A DNA stretch of 64,000 nucleotides from Eledone cirrhosa (taxonomy: Eukaryota): the NCBI GenBank assembly GCA_964016885.1, contig OZ024740.1:419244001-419308000 (forward strand), given 5' to 3'. The notes beneath the pieces were generated by a model. It was not told the origin of the DNA. It was given only the letters and a program-made list of their open reading frames with translations, and did no database searches. A program made the translations under genes and the position numbers. How positions within the stretch are numbered: position 1 is the stretch's first letter; every line of letters starts with the position of its first letter. Positions 24,592 to 37,777 of this stretch are shown one piece after another.

Positions 24592-25319
24592 TAACCCTTT
24601 CATTACCATATTTCTAGTGAAAGACACTGTCTATGTCATTAACCCTTTCATTACCATATTTCTAATGAAAGACACTGTCATTAACCCTTTCATTACCATA
24701 TTTCTAATGAAATACACTGTCTATGTCTTTAGCCCTTTCATTACCATATTTCTAATAAAATATACTACTTATGTCATTAACCCTTTCATTACCATATTTC
24801 TAGTGAAAGACACTGTCAATGTCATTAACCCTTTCATTACCATATTTCTAGAGAAATACACTACCTATGTCATTAACCCTTTCATTACCATATTGTTAAT
24901 GAAAGACACTGCCTTTGTGTTTCAATTAATATTGAAAATAACGAAAGATTTTAACTACCATATATACTGGAATATAAGCCAAGTAATATGTGACTAAAAA
25001 AATCAATGGTAGAAGAGGGTTGGGTTATATTTGGTGTCAATATTTTGACAATTTTCACCAACTTCAAATTCTATGTAAATAAGGTTTGGATTTTTGCCCA
25101 TTTCTCAGACATAAAATAGTAGGGTTGGCTTATATTTATATCAACTTATATTTGAGTATATACAGTAAGTCTTTTAATAGCAAACTGATATTTAGAACAT
25201 TATTTAACAAAAATGACTAAAATAAAATTATGATGAAAGATTTTAATATAAGTATAAACATCTTATAATAAACAGTTTTGTATTATAAATCCAGGGTGGT
25301 TTAGTATCAAAAGGGTTAA
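24592..25319. mobile_element. TTAA-type MITE with tandemly repeated left end (~7 x 48 bp)
   Basis: Repeated TTAACCCTTTCATTACCATATTTCTA; right end GTATCAAAAGGGTTAA; related end at ~16209. Confidence 0.65.
24956..25167. mobile_element. Nested pogo/Tc2-like MITE
   Basis: TA-CCATATATACTGGAATATAAG...CTTATATTTGAGTATATACAG-TA. Confidence 0.65.
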
Positions 25320-25413
25320 AAAAAACTAAATGTAAACCACAAGTAAAAAATATCTAATTTGGCTTTTCACCTTTTCCCAGCTGTTTTTTTATATTTTAAA
25401 TAATTTGTTTTAG

Positions 25414-25499
25414 GCTGTTTATATTGCACCACTAAAAGCTTTGGTCAGAGAGAGAATGACTGACTGGAAAGTACGAATTGAACAGAAACTGGGTAAAAA
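25414..25499 (+). CDS. ASCC3: ASCC3 internal exon (motif Ia)
   Basis: tAG|GCT...AA|GTaag, 86 nt; AVYIAPLKALVRERMTDWKVRIEQKLGK; ends phase 2. Not in the ORF track. Confidence 0.93.
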
Positions 25500-26132
25500 G
25501 TAAGTTTTGTCATTGCTAAATATTAAATTTGTAAAGTTATTTCAGTCTTCATTAAATTGTGGCTGTTTTTGTTGGTTTTATTTTTATTTAAATGACTAAA
25601 CATGGTTGCTGATACGGTGCAGCGAACTGGCCAAACTTGTTTCATGATGTGATTGACCCATCTAACCCATGTAAACATGGAAAAATGGACGTTAAATGGT
25701 GATGATGATGATAATGTGAGAAGAGAAAGAACAGCTACTGATCTCCCAGACAGGCCAGGGATCTGTGTCTCGCTTATGTACAGTCTCAGTAACAACAATA
25801 ATTGTTTCTACTTTTGGCACAAGGCCAGCAATTCCCAGTGTATTACTGGTACTTTATTTCATCGACCCCGTAAGGATGAAAGGCAAAGTTAACCTCGGCA
25901 GGATTTGAACCTCAGAATGGCAAGGGTCATAACTCTATGCGTCAAGCATGGCGTCCGACCCTCTACCAATACTTCCAATCCAATAATAATAATAATTAAA
26001 AAAACACAATAACAACTACAGGAATGGTTTTCTGTCTCAGAAATTGTTATTAATGTTGGTTTTCTCTCTAAATTAGAACTACCAAGTTACATCAGTAGAA
26101 CTAATAATATTCTTTCCTTGGTTATTTTTCAG

Positions 26133-26299
26133 AGTGGTTGAATTAACTGGAGATTTTACTCCTGATATGAAATCAATAGCTAATGCAGATCTTATTGTGA
26201 CAACACCTGAAAAGTGGGATGGTGTTAGTCGAAGTTGGCAAACCCGAACTTATGTTAAAGATGTTGCTTTGTTAGTTATTGATGAAATTCATCTTCTTG
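26133..26299 (+). CDS. ASCC3: ASCC3 internal exon (motif Ib and DEIH box)
   Basis: cAG|A GTG...CTT G|GTaag, 167 nt; VVELTGD...[13 protein letters not shown]...IDEIHLLG. Confidence 0.95.
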
Positions 26300-26510
26300 G
26301 TAAGTCAGTTTTATGTTTATTGATAAATATGTACATATATAAATAACAAAGAAGGTGTGGTAAGATACCAGGTGGACCATAATGCACCAGAGTTCTTAAT
26401 ACTTAGGGTAGTAGAGTGGTAATAGGAAAAGAGTCAGGATCTAGCTGTCGAACAGGCTGGAGCTCAGTCGTCGGGGTCCTGACTCTTTTCCTATATATAT
26501 AAATAAATAC

Positions 26511-27378
26511 TCTTTCCAAAACTTTTCACCGTGTGTCTAGAGCAGATCATCAGAGGCATTGACTGACAAGGCGGTGTCAACATCAACGGCGAGATACTTA
26601 CCCACCTCCGTTTCGCTGATGACATCGTGCTCATCGCTGAAAGCACGGATCAGCTTCAGACCATGCTGACGGAGCTCGACATCAAAAGCTCTGCAGTAGG
26701 CCTCAAGATGAACCGCATGAAAACGAAGTTCACGCGGTCCGACAACGTACCAACAGGTCGAATGGTGGTTGGCGGTGATGAAATAGAGGAGGTGGAGGAA
26801 TACGTCTACCTAGGACAAGAAGTGAACATGCGCTGAAACATTGAGAGGGAGATCTCGCGGAGAGTAAGGGCCGGATGGAAGGCGTTCAACGGCATAAGGG
26901 ATGTGCTCAAGGGGAGGTTGGACAAGACCACCCGCGCCAACCTCTCGAATAGCACAGTTTTACCTGCAATGTTATATGGCAGTGAAACTTGGGCTACAAC
27001 GAAGATAGAAGAGCAGAGGCTGGTAACGGCTCAAAGAGCCATGGAGAGATCAATGTTAGGAATCCCGTTGAGAGAGCACATCAGGGGCGAAGTTAGACAG
27101 AAGTCCGGCATGAGGGACGTCATCACGGAATATATGCGCAGCAAGTTCAGATGGGCTGGACACGTCGCCCGGTTCACCGATAATCGGTGGACCCGCGCAG
27201 TTGCCGAGTGTACCCGCGTGAGCGGAAACAACCACTCAGAAGGCCTCCACGAAGGTGGAGTTACGATTTTAGGAATATGATTGGGACTACATAGATGAGG
27301 AAAGCACAATCCAGAGAGGAATGGACGGTGTGCTGTGACCAGCCGAATGGACGCCCAACAGACTGGTCAATCAAGGTG
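26511..27378 (+). mobile_element. 5'-truncated GC/CpG-rich RTE LINE of a different family
   Basis: HLRFADDIVLIA, GLKMNRMKTK, EEYVYLGQ, MLYGSETW, KFRWAGHVAR; TSD ATAAATAAATAC at 26499-26510 and 27379-27390. Confidence 0.9.
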
Positions 27379-27552
27379 ATAAATAAATACATATAAAGAT
27401 TTTTTATTGTCACAAAGGTTACCATCGGTAAATTAGAATGATAATTCCCAAAATGGTTGTGGGTCACCACCACCAGCCCATTTTTGATGCCATGCTCATC
27501 ACTCTAACCCACCTTTCAGCAAATTAAGAATGATGAAACAAATAATATAGTT

Positions 27553-27812
27553 GGAGTCATGTGGCCTTGTGGTAATGGTGTTGGACTTATGATCAAAATG
27601 TCGAGGGTTCGATTCCTGGACTGGGTTGTGTGTTATGTTCTGAGCAAAAAGACTTCATTTCACATTGCTCAAGTATACTCAGTTAAAAATGACTACCAGC
27701 AATAACTGGGAGTTTAACCCTGCGATGGACTGGCATCCTTTCCAGGGAAAGTCTTGCTTCATGCCATGGAAACCGGGATAAACACTGGCCTGATGAGCCT
27801 CCAAGCTCAATG
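27553..27812 (+). mobile_element. tRNA/CORE-like SINE with a different tail
   Basis: TGGCCTTGTGG A-box, GGTTCGATTCC B-box, tttcacattgctc body shared with family B, then cctgcgatggactggcatcc... Confidence 0.75.
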
Positions 27813-28029
27813 TATGTTAATTATTTATACATATGATATACTAACAGGTGAGTAGAAATCCCATAAGGTACACACAGTGGGATTACAGGCAGATTAATGA
27901 AGAAGACTTCGTATGTGGCAGATGTACAGATGTACAGGAGAAATAAATGCTAAGAGCACACATGAAATAGATTCTCTGGGGGGCTTTCCGGAAGTTGCTG
28001 ATAGCTTTTATTACCTTGATATCTATTCT

Positions 28030-28535
28030 AAAATGGGGAATGCTGCTCAGGGGCATAGTAGCTAGGGTTCAAATAGGCTGGAAGAAGGTTAGGTAGTTAG
28101 TACCTCTGTTGACAACAAAGGCTGTCCCTCTCAGAATGAAGGGTAAACTGTATAATGCTTCCATGTAAACTGTAATGCTATATGGCAATACCCTGTGACT
28201 GCAGACGACCTGTGATAGTTAGAAAGAAATGGAGCGAGTATGCTCTGGTGGATGTGTAGTGTTTGTGTGCATGAATTAAATAGTCCCAGTGAGCTGAGAG
28301 AAAAACTCAGTATAAGAGGAATCTGATGCTATGTGCAAGAGAGAAGACTGTATTGGTTTGGACAGGTAATGCATATGGAAAATGACTGCTGTATAAAAGA
28401 ACTGCAGAGAAATCTCAGAGGATGGGACCTGTTGAAGTTGTAGGAAGACATGGGATGAAGTAGTAAAGATGAACTTTAGGAAGCTGGACCTCACAAAAAA
28501 ATGACAGAATCTCAAGGATTGACAATATGCAGTAC
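28030..28535 (+). mobile_element. Degenerate RTE LINE 3' portion
   Basis: ggctggaagaag, aagggtaaactgtata, gagagaagactgtattggtttgga, gaagacatgggatgaagt, all similar to the RTE at 19.5-20.1 kb. Confidence 0.7.
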
Positions 28536-29779
28536 AGTTAGAAATACAGTTTAAAAAATATTGTAGTCAGAAAAATATAGTGTTAGTTGTGTTTCTTAGA
28601 GTGAATTTGAGTTAAAAAAAGGGTGTCATTTGTATTAAAAGTTTTCCTAAAATGAATTTGAATATTTAAAGTTTCAACAAAGCAATATTCATATTTATCT
28701 GAAGCAATCCAATGGTTATATGAGTTTTAAAGGATGTTTCTAACTGTAAACTTTTATCGTGATACCTTGATGAATGATATATATATATTATCTCTTCTAA
28801 TTTCTTGCCTTGAGTGACTGGTATTGGTATTTTAATTAAACTCTGATGACACCCACAGTATATACCCGCTAATGGCAAATTGTTAAATAAAATGATTTGC
28901 AGTATGTAGCATATCACCGTGGGAAGAAACAATTGTCAGTTATTAAATGTCTTAAACTCTTAAATTCTTTGGTTTGTAAACTGTAACTATATAACAGCTT
29001 TGCATGGTCCTATCATTGCATTGAGCTAAACAAACCTAGTAACTGTGTAAAATTTACTCTCATTAATATTACTATTATATACTGTGTGTGTGTGTGTGTG
29101 TGTATATAATCATTTAACTGTCGGTACTCATGTGAAACTATTGACCACTCAGTGTTGCTGAAGCATGGAACAAACTACCTGCATCAGTTGTTAGCTGTTG
29201 GGACACTGCATCCTTCAAAACTTCCATGCTTCCCGAAATTCACCAACACTACACCTGATATTCCCCCTCCATACACACGCATGCACGTGTGTGTGTCTGT
29301 GTGTATACCATGATTCATACACTGTTCACTTTCCTGGCATTTATACATTATTCTATGTACTATACATGCACCTTTGATGAGTTGTAGTGCACCTGAGCAC
29401 TGTATACAATAATTATTATTATTATTACCATGCTGGTTGCTGGCCAGTTGAGGATCTGAATCTCACAAAACATTCCCACGTTCTACTGAGTGCCTTTTAT
29501 CGTGGCACCACCACTTGGTAGGTTGTCATGTCTTTGACACAGCACAGGAGTCCTTCTGGCCTTTTGTTTCGCAGGTTTTCTACAGCTGGGTGCTTTTCCT
29601 ATTTCTCTCTCTATTGCACACCCAGTAATAATAAATACAAAGACTAAAATCTGAAGAGGGCTCAATAAGGATTGGATATATATATAAACCTGTAGAACAA
29701 ATATTTATTATTAAAGTCACCAGCCATGGTGACTTTAATAATAAATGGTGGTGAAGTTATCTTCACTCATTATTGTGGT

Positions 29780-30480
29780 GGTCCTCAATAGGTGGTATTT
29801 ATTGAACTGACCCTATAGCTGCCATGTATTTCTATAATAGCCATCTAGGTACTGCCCATGTCCGGTCAGCAGCTCTGATGGTAAAGTCCTTGTCACTCAT
29901 TATTGAGTTGGTTATCAAGAGGTGGTCTTCATTGAACTGATCTTTTTGTTCATTGATCAGTTCCAATTGTGGTATATAAGTAGAGCTGACAGTTGTTGAA
30001 TTGCCTACATGTTTCAAGATTCTATCACATTCCCAGGTTCTCTCAATAACTCCATCAGTCCACTTCTCTGCTAACATTAAGCCTACTTTACATACCCCTT
30101 CATCCTTACCTATCCCAAACACTTTGTACTGGTCTTCTTTCCCTGTCTCCTTACCTTTCATTGTGTCTATGTTGATAGTGGCAGCCCTGTATTTGATTCG
30201 GATGCTCTTTGGTGTCTGTGCACTGGACCTGAAAAGAAGAGTGTCATTGCTTGATAAGGGTCAAGGGGTTTTCATATGTGGTCAGATTTGACTGCCTGGC
30301 TACTTCATTACTATGTGTAGAACTAACATTGTTAGTGTTAGCTCTGTATATGCAATTGGGTTTTATCATTTTAGCTGTACTTGTTATATTTTTAACATGG
30401 TTTTCCTGGTTGAATGCCCCCCTTCCCCTATCACCAATTACTTTACAGTATGTGTGTTATCGTGCCACCAGTACGTAAGT
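29780..30480 (-). mobile_element. Degenerate RTE 5' part (5' UTR module plus endonuclease)
   Basis: ORF 29832-30161 YKVFGIGKDEG..VGLMLAEKW..DRILK..KDQF; module at ~30410-30475. Confidence 0.65.
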
Positions 30481-31149
30481 GGCCTCTTTACTCTGTCAGT
30501 TTTCATTCAGAGTTTCTGTTCTCCCAGGGTCGCCTTTACTATGACTAACAGAGTACATATCTACCTCATATGCATTGACCTCTTCATGTCAGGAGAAGAG
30601 GGGAGCTGACTGAAAAAGTGTAAAGATTAAGGGAGGGAGGGGTGGGGGTGACTGAAAAAGTGTAAAGGCTAAGGGAGGGGAAGTTGACTGAAAAAGAGTG
30701 AATGCTAAGGGAGGGGGAGCATGTTAGGGTAAATGTAGGTAGACAAGAGGGAGGTAGATTGTGTTTCAGAACAAGAGAGTTACAGCAGGTATCAAGGAGC
30801 ATTATGTTAAATATTGGCACAGGGTTGGTTGGGTGCATGTCTTCAGATAAACAAACTGGGACAGGCTGACAGTAGCAGAGATTTTCAGTGCATTGAATCA
30901 TAGTTACTAATTTATGATAAACAGAGTTGATAATAATCAATAAAAATGATAATAAGAGAGATGATTAATCAGGTCAGTGAAGCAAAAAAGAGAATTTAAT
31001 ATCTTATCTTCTGCTCCAAGTCCAGAGAATGAAATGAATTCCATTCAAAATTCATGGCACTTAACAAAGTGCCATGAATGAAAGAGGGGAGTGAGAGAGA
31101 GAGAGAGAGAGAAGAGGGTGTTGTGAAGACTGGGAGATAGATATAAGGA

Positions 31150-32310
31150 ATGTCTTGTGTGCTGGATATGTAGTCTTAAACTCTTCTGTTATGGCCTGGA
31201 GAACTATAATAAACTAGAATGGGCCAAGGGCAGATCCTTGATGGACACATGCTTGCACATTAAATTCCACATTAAGCTCATTAGCTTACTTTACTGACAT
31301 GACTTGCACTATACATGACTTGCACTACTCTCTCTCTCTCTCTTAAGCCATCCAGTTTTCTTAAGGACCACCAGACAACTGATTGTGATACCCTTGTCAC
31401 AGGTTATTTTCAGAGCTATGAAAAGCTATATATAGTGACTTAACCTTAACTAAAAACATCTCTTGTAGTTTTCTCACCAAAAAGCAAGCACCTGTCGTGT
31501 TCCTTCCTGATATAAAACCAAATTGTATCTCATTTAATTTGATTCTTCTCCTAATCAGTTGTCCCAAAAATTCTTCTGACACTTTCATAACTTGATCAAT
31601 CAGTTTAACCCTTTAGCATTTAAACCGGCTGTATCCGGCCAGAATTTTCTCACCTCTTTCTGTGCAAACTGGCTGCAATTGGCCACTCATACCTACAATA
31701 AGGTATTGTCCTCAAAATAGATCATATCAACTGTCCAGCGATTCTCTCCTAAGACATTCTAACCATGAAATAAAGTTTTTACCATGAAAATATAATAGTA
31801 TACATAGAGTAATGTAAATGTTAAAGGGTTAATTACGCCTCCTTTCTAGAGTATTTCCCCCATGTCGCAGCTAATAATTATACTGCAATGTCTGTCATTG
31901 GGTATGACATTACCTAATTGACTATGTGAATGACTAGCTTGAGTCCTACTTCTCCAGATGATTTCAGCATCTCAGCAATTATCTCTGATGGATCAACAGC
32001 TTTTCCCCTTTTCATGCTCCTTCTTTAACCATATAACTATATATTTCAGTAGCTGGTCTCTCTGTTGGCTCTACTGGGCAAAGTTCCTCTTCCTTCCTCT
32101 CATTTTCCATCTTCAGCATCCTCTCTCGGTAACATTTCCAAGTCTCTTCTAAGCATCAATGAGACTAAATGTACTGGTGTCATTCCAAATATACTTTCCC
32201 CCCAAAAATAGTTTGATTTTCATTGTCACACAGTTTTGAAATGCTGAAAACCTCATGTCTCTGATCCTTTCATCACAGAACATTGGCTAGCCTGTTGTGT
32301 AGCTTCTCAA
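31150..32310 (-). mobile_element. Degenerate RTE RT region with nested TTAA MITE (31605-31832)
   Basis: ORF 31397-31588 QLIRRRIKLNEIQFGF...LVRKLQE; the MITE interrupts the GIKLIDQ-equivalent motif at TTAA. Confidence 0.7.
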
Positions 32311-33276
32311 GCTATATCATCATCATTTAATGTCCATTTTTCCATGCTAGCATGGGTTAGATGAGTTGTGAGACAAGTCAGTTCAGATGACCAATGTCTT
32401 GCTCATACAGAATTAGTTCTGGCTTAGTTTCTATGACTGGATGCCCTTCCTAACACCAACCACATTTACAGGGTGGACTGGGTGCTTTTTGTTATGATAG
32501 CTACATGACCACTTTACAGTGTAGGCTGGGTGCTTTTTGTTGTGACACCTACACGACCACTTTATAGTGCTAACAGTGCGCTTTTTGTCATGTCACCAAC
32601 ACCATCACTTTACAGAGTGGACTGGGTGCTTTTTAAAGTGCTTTTGTTGTATATAGAAATTCTATATTCACAATATAGAGGTACATGTTAGATTAGAATA
32701 TTGGATAATAAATAAATTGTCTTTAGACATTTTTTCTTATAGTAAGTTGTCTATGAACAGATAACATAGAGCAGTGAATACTGCTTAGTCTTGCAAGAAT
32801 TCAAGGTAAACTGTTGGTGCCAGGATAAATTGCACCCAGTGCACTCTGTAAAGTGGTTGTTGTTAGGAAGGGCATCCAGCAGTGGAAACCATGCCAAAAA
32901 TGAAACATTACAAACAAAGTATTCTCCAACCTGTGTAGTCTTGGAACATGATGATCCATCCAACCATAGAAATCAAACATAAATGATGACAATTATGGTG
33001 ATGATGATGACAATGATGATGATGGATACATTATTGATATAAAAAACCCAGTGAAATGTGTCATCCTGCTATTTTAATCGATGGAGTATTGTCTCTCACT
33101 GATGTGACTTAGATCATTTGAATATTCAAATAAGGCAGGAAACAAGAATTTTTGTTCACATAATTTCCTCTGTTGTAGGACTTGTTACACAAATATCATA
33201 TTCTATAGATATTGACTATTTCTCATTGGTTTTAAAATATATACTTAAATATACTATAAACAGAATGTTTGTAATA

Positions 33277-34002
33277 TCATCATCATCATACCGTTTTACG
33301 TCCGTTCTTCCATGCTAGCATGGGTTAGATGGGTTGTCCTGTTGTGGGCAGTGTCTGGTCGGTTGACCATGCCTTGCTCATACAGGAACTGATTTTGGCT
33401 TGATTTCTACAGCTGGATGCCCTTCCTAACACCAACCTCATTTACAGTGAGTGCTGGGTGCTTTTTTGTTGTGGCACCTCCACGACCACTTTGCAGTGGG
33501 AGGGTGTGGGGGCATATTGTCTATATGCTTCAGCTTGTACCCATGGTCGTGTGTCATCGCCTTTGAGAGGTGTAATTGGGTAAGGTCGGCTTTTATCACC
33601 TCATCCCAAGTCTTCTTGGGTCTTCCTACTCTGCGGTTTCCATTGACTTCTAGTGCTCTGCACCTTTTTATGCAGCTGTCATCCTTCATACGCATCACAT
33701 GTCCATACCAACGCAACCGCCTCTCCTGCACACAGCATTTGATTCCTCTTATGCTCAGTCTCTCTCTCAATTCATTTATGCTTTGCCGTTCGCGTATATT
33801 ACTATTACACATCCATCGGAGCATGCAGGTTTCGTTTCTTTCTAATCTACGTAAGTCTTCCACCTTCAGCGCCCAGGTCCCACTACCATGTAACATCGCT
33901 GTTCGGATACACGCAACATACAGTCTGCCTTTCATTTTGAGGGAGAAGCCTTTTGCAGCTAGCAGTGGCAGTAGTTCCCTGAACTTCTTCCATCCCGTTC
34001 TT
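33277..34002 (-). mobile_element. RTE 3' fragment with module-containing 3' end
   Basis: ORF 33438-33935 MKGRLY..MLHGSGTW..RRLRWYGHVMRM..GRPKKTW. Confidence 0.85.
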
Positions 34003-34411
34003 ATATTTAGATATATTACAAACCCATACTATACATGGAAAGTGGACATTAAACGATGATGGTGATGATGATATTACAAATATATGTATTACAAATATTA
34101 CAAATAGAAAGTTTGTGATATATTTAAGTTGAGAATGAGTCGGTACAGACAGAACTGTTTCCATTTGTATATTATAATAAACAAAACATGTTCCTGGTGT
34201 TGAGGGTTGTTCTATCCATAGGGTGTAAAACAACCCTGCAGTAACTTTCCCTCCTATTGGGGGATTTCAATTGTTATTTTATTATATATAGTTTATTGTT
34301 ATTTATTAATGTTAGTTATATGATTTTTATGTAAAACCCCCACCATCACGTCTTGTAATGTCCCATTTTTGTATGACCCTGTGGCAAATAAAGAAAGATA
34401 TATTATAAGAG

Positions 34412-34928
34412 TACTGTCTGCCTGTCCATCCTGTCTGTCACACTCAGTTTATATAGAGAGGGGGAACACCAAGGGAGAGATATGTATATAGAGAGAGAAA
34501 AGGGAACACTGTGTTTTCGAGGTGACAGAGGTAGATAGACAGAAAGTTATGTCGCCCTCAACTGTATACAGGAGCTCCAAATCATTTTATATCATGTTGT
34601 AGGCATAATTATGTTTATTATAATTAATCAAACCACAAAAGAGCAAGATTTGAGAGAAGGCCAAGAATTGTTTTTACACACCTGAAACCATATGCTATAT
34701 GGTTGTTTGCCACAGTATATATAATTAAATTCCCTTTCATATTATTTTCAATTTAATTCTCAAAATAATGCAATACCATTCTTGTGCCAAAGGTGTCTAA
34801 AGTTATAGCATCTAGAGGGCGACGTTGTCTTCTCCCTTTCTCTCTCTATCTATGTGTATATCTTTCTCTTGGTGCTCCCCATCTCTATATAAAGTGGATG
34901 TGATGGACCGAGGGACAGACAGACCACT
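34412..34928. mobile_element. Probable MITE with long imperfect inverted arms
   Basis: gtctgcctgtcc...tttatatagaga...caccaag...gtcgccctc is inverted relative to gagggcgac...cttggtg...tctctatataaa...ggacagacagac. Confidence 0.55.
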
Positions 34929-35934
34929 TTTCTTTAGTTCTCTACAGTATAAGAGGAATGATACAGTGGAACAACAGATGTGAAATGGTAATAATAATGA
35001 TAATAATGAAATCATTGTGTACAGTGCTCAGGTGCACTATAACTCATTAAATATGCATGTATAATACATAGAATAATATACAAATGTCAGGGAGGTGAAT
35101 AGTGTCTCAATAGCTAACAACTGATGCAGGTAGTTTGTTCGATGGAGATTTTAAAGGATGCAGTGTCTCGACAGCTAACAACTGATGCAGGGAGTTTGTT
35201 CCATGGAGGTTTTAAAGGATGCAGTGTCTTGACAGCTAACAACTGATGCAGGTAGTTCGAGACTCGAGAGTACATTTTATTGTATATTTCCAGTATTTTT
35301 ACTGCCATAAACTTGTAGTTTGTGAAATGATGAACACTTCTCCCTCTATTACTCAACTGGGTATTCTATTCTATTTTTAGTTATTTCTTTCAAATAAATG
35401 TCTTGAATTGAGTAAAGTAAACTATCTTATTGAAGAACACAAATGATATTTTTCTAGTTTGACCATATGGCATGTTTGTCAATAATCTAAATGAAATATT
35501 TGTTTGAACATATGGTGTATTTGTTGATAATCCATCAGTTTAATCCCTAAGCCAACTTAGAGTATCTTACAAATAAGATTATTAAACAAAATCTTTTTTC
35601 CATTTCTAATCCCTACAAGTTAACAGCTGTGTGCTTACCATTCTTTCTATTCTCTATAGACTTCTTATGTGTTAGATTTAATCTGTTTCCTAGTTTAACA
35701 CCACCAACTGTTGCTGCTCTATGGAGTGCCTTTGATGATGTCCAATCTATTGTAAGAATTCAAGCCAAGTCTCTGGTTTAATAATCCCTTCTTCCCACCA
35801 GTCTCAAAGGTTCAGAAAAGGGTCATGGACATTACCATTTCTCTTTTAAGTATGTAATTAAATAAAAATGAAAATATAGAAAGAAAATATTTTCAGTCAA
35901 CTAAAATGAAAGATATAGAGAAGAAAATAAGAAA

Positions 35935-36648
35935 TCATCATCATCATCATCATCATCCTCGTTTAACGTCCACTTTCCACGCTAGCATGGGTTAGACGGG
36001 AGTTGTCCCATGGTCGGGTGACCGTGTCTCGCTCATATAGGACTATCTGGCAGGTTTTCTACAGCTGGATGCAATTCCTAACACCAACCACATTTACAGT
36101 GTGGAACTGGGAACTTTTTACCGTGTTACCTACATGGCCGCATTACAGCGTGAACTGTGTGTTTTTTTCTTGTGACACCTACACGATCTCGATCTCATTT
36201 ATCTCATTTATTTGGACTGGATGTTGTGGTACCAACTTTATAGAGAGGGGGTGGTGTTGGTGGGAGTGGGAGGATAGGGTAGGGGTAGTGGATTGGGGTG
36301 TATATTTGGTTAAGAGGTGCCTACTTACTGTAGGTTTCACTTTGTACATAGGCAAGGCGGGTCTTCTGTATTACTGCGTAGCGTCAAAGATCTCGGTCCA
36401 GTAACATTGTCTTAGAGAGGTGCAAGTGTGTAAGGTCGGAATTTATCAGATCGTCCCATGTTTTTCTGCACTTTTTTATACAGCTGTCGTCTTTCATGCG
36501 CATCACGTGGCCATACCAACGTAGTCTTCTCTCGAGTAAACAGCATCTGATCCCTCTTATTCCTAATTTCTCACTTAGTTCATTTATGCTTTGTCGTTCA
36601 CGTATATTACTATTACACATCCAACGGAGCATGCATGCTTCGTTCCTA
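35935..36648 (-). mobile_element. RTE 3' fragment, same subfamily as 12478-14090
   Basis: ORF 36384-36632 is nearly identical to the 13 kb copy and has the same 3' UTR. Confidence 0.85.
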
Positions 36649-36984
36649 CATATTTAAAATTATTTTAATGTGATTTACAAATGAAATATTTTGTGAAAAT
36701 CATGGTGGATAAATATTATTCAACAACTGTCATTAACTTTATTATATACAAAGGCTATCAGTATTTCATCATCATCATTGGATGGGCAGTATTGGTAGAG
36801 CATCAAACATGCTTCATGGCATAGATTTACTGCCCTTTACGTTCCGAGTTCAGATCCTGCCGAAGTTAGCTTTGCCTTTCATCCTTACGAGGTTGATAAA
36901 ATAAAGTACCAGTAACCCATTGGTGTCGATTTAATCGACTTTCTCTTCCCCCCAAATTGTTGGTCTTGTGCCTAAATCAGAAAC

Positions 36985-37019
<35 letters not shown>

Positions 37020-37020
37020 G

Positions 37021-37205
37021 CATATTTCCCGGTATCAAAGACGCTACTTTTTTCCTAAAATAAGTCTAAAAAATCTACCAATGTGTCCTGGAAGCCAAAG
37101 GTTGTTTATTATTGTTTTTCAAATTTTTGGTTGTCAAATTTTTGGTTGTCAAAATTAGGGTGCGCCCTCGAGGACGGAGTGTCTTCGGCACTGGGTTATA
37201 CAGTA
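37021..37205. mobile_element. pogo/Tc2-like MITE remnant
   Basis: ATATTTCCCGGTATCAAAGACGC ... GTGTCTTCGGCACTGGGTTATACAGTA. Confidence 0.5.
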
Positions 37206-37370
37206 TATATATCATCATCATCATTGTTTAACGTCTATCTTCCACGCTAGCATGGGTTTAGATGGGAATTGTCCCACTTGAAGCAAGATTGGTCGTCTTG
37301 CTCATATGGGACTGTCTGGCAGGTTTTCTACGGCTGGATGCCCTTCCTAACACCAACCACGTTTACAGTT

Positions 37371-37505
37371 AAATGTGTGTATATAAAGTGTGTATATATA
37401 AAGTGTGTATATATAAAGTGTGTGTATATAAAGTGTGTGTATATAAAGTGTGTGTATATAAAGTGTGTGTATATAAAGTGTGCGTATATAAAATGTGTGT
37501 ATATT
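37371..37505. repeat. 15-bp minisatellite
   Basis: (AAGTGTGT(G/A)TATATA)n, ~9 copies. Confidence 0.9.
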
Positions 37506-37777
37506 AATGTAGAAATTATATTATTTATGCTCTAGCTGTGACTAATCTCTGTATTTAATCTTTTAAACATCAGAATTCAATGAAAGTCACACTAAGTAAT
37601 ATCCTGTTGGCTATTTATTTAATAATTGTTTCTACTTTAGGCACAAGGCCAGCAATTACCCAGTACATTACTGATAATAAGTGCAAGTACAATGTATGTA
37701 CCTAAACACAGCTGTTATCACCACCTACTAATCCATTAAATTCACAATTGTGGTTAAGGTCATATGGTTAATAATGT

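Noticed and set aside
990-26299. SNRNP200/Brr2 as gene identity
   Set aside because: Peptides such as LILPERHPPHT, FTIPIFEPLP, APLKALVRERM and WDGVSRSW match ASCC3 rather than Brr2 (from recall).
27768-27810. GAAAC...CTGATGAG in a SINE tail
   Set aside because: Order and spacing do not give hammerhead stems; it is an ordinary SINE tail.
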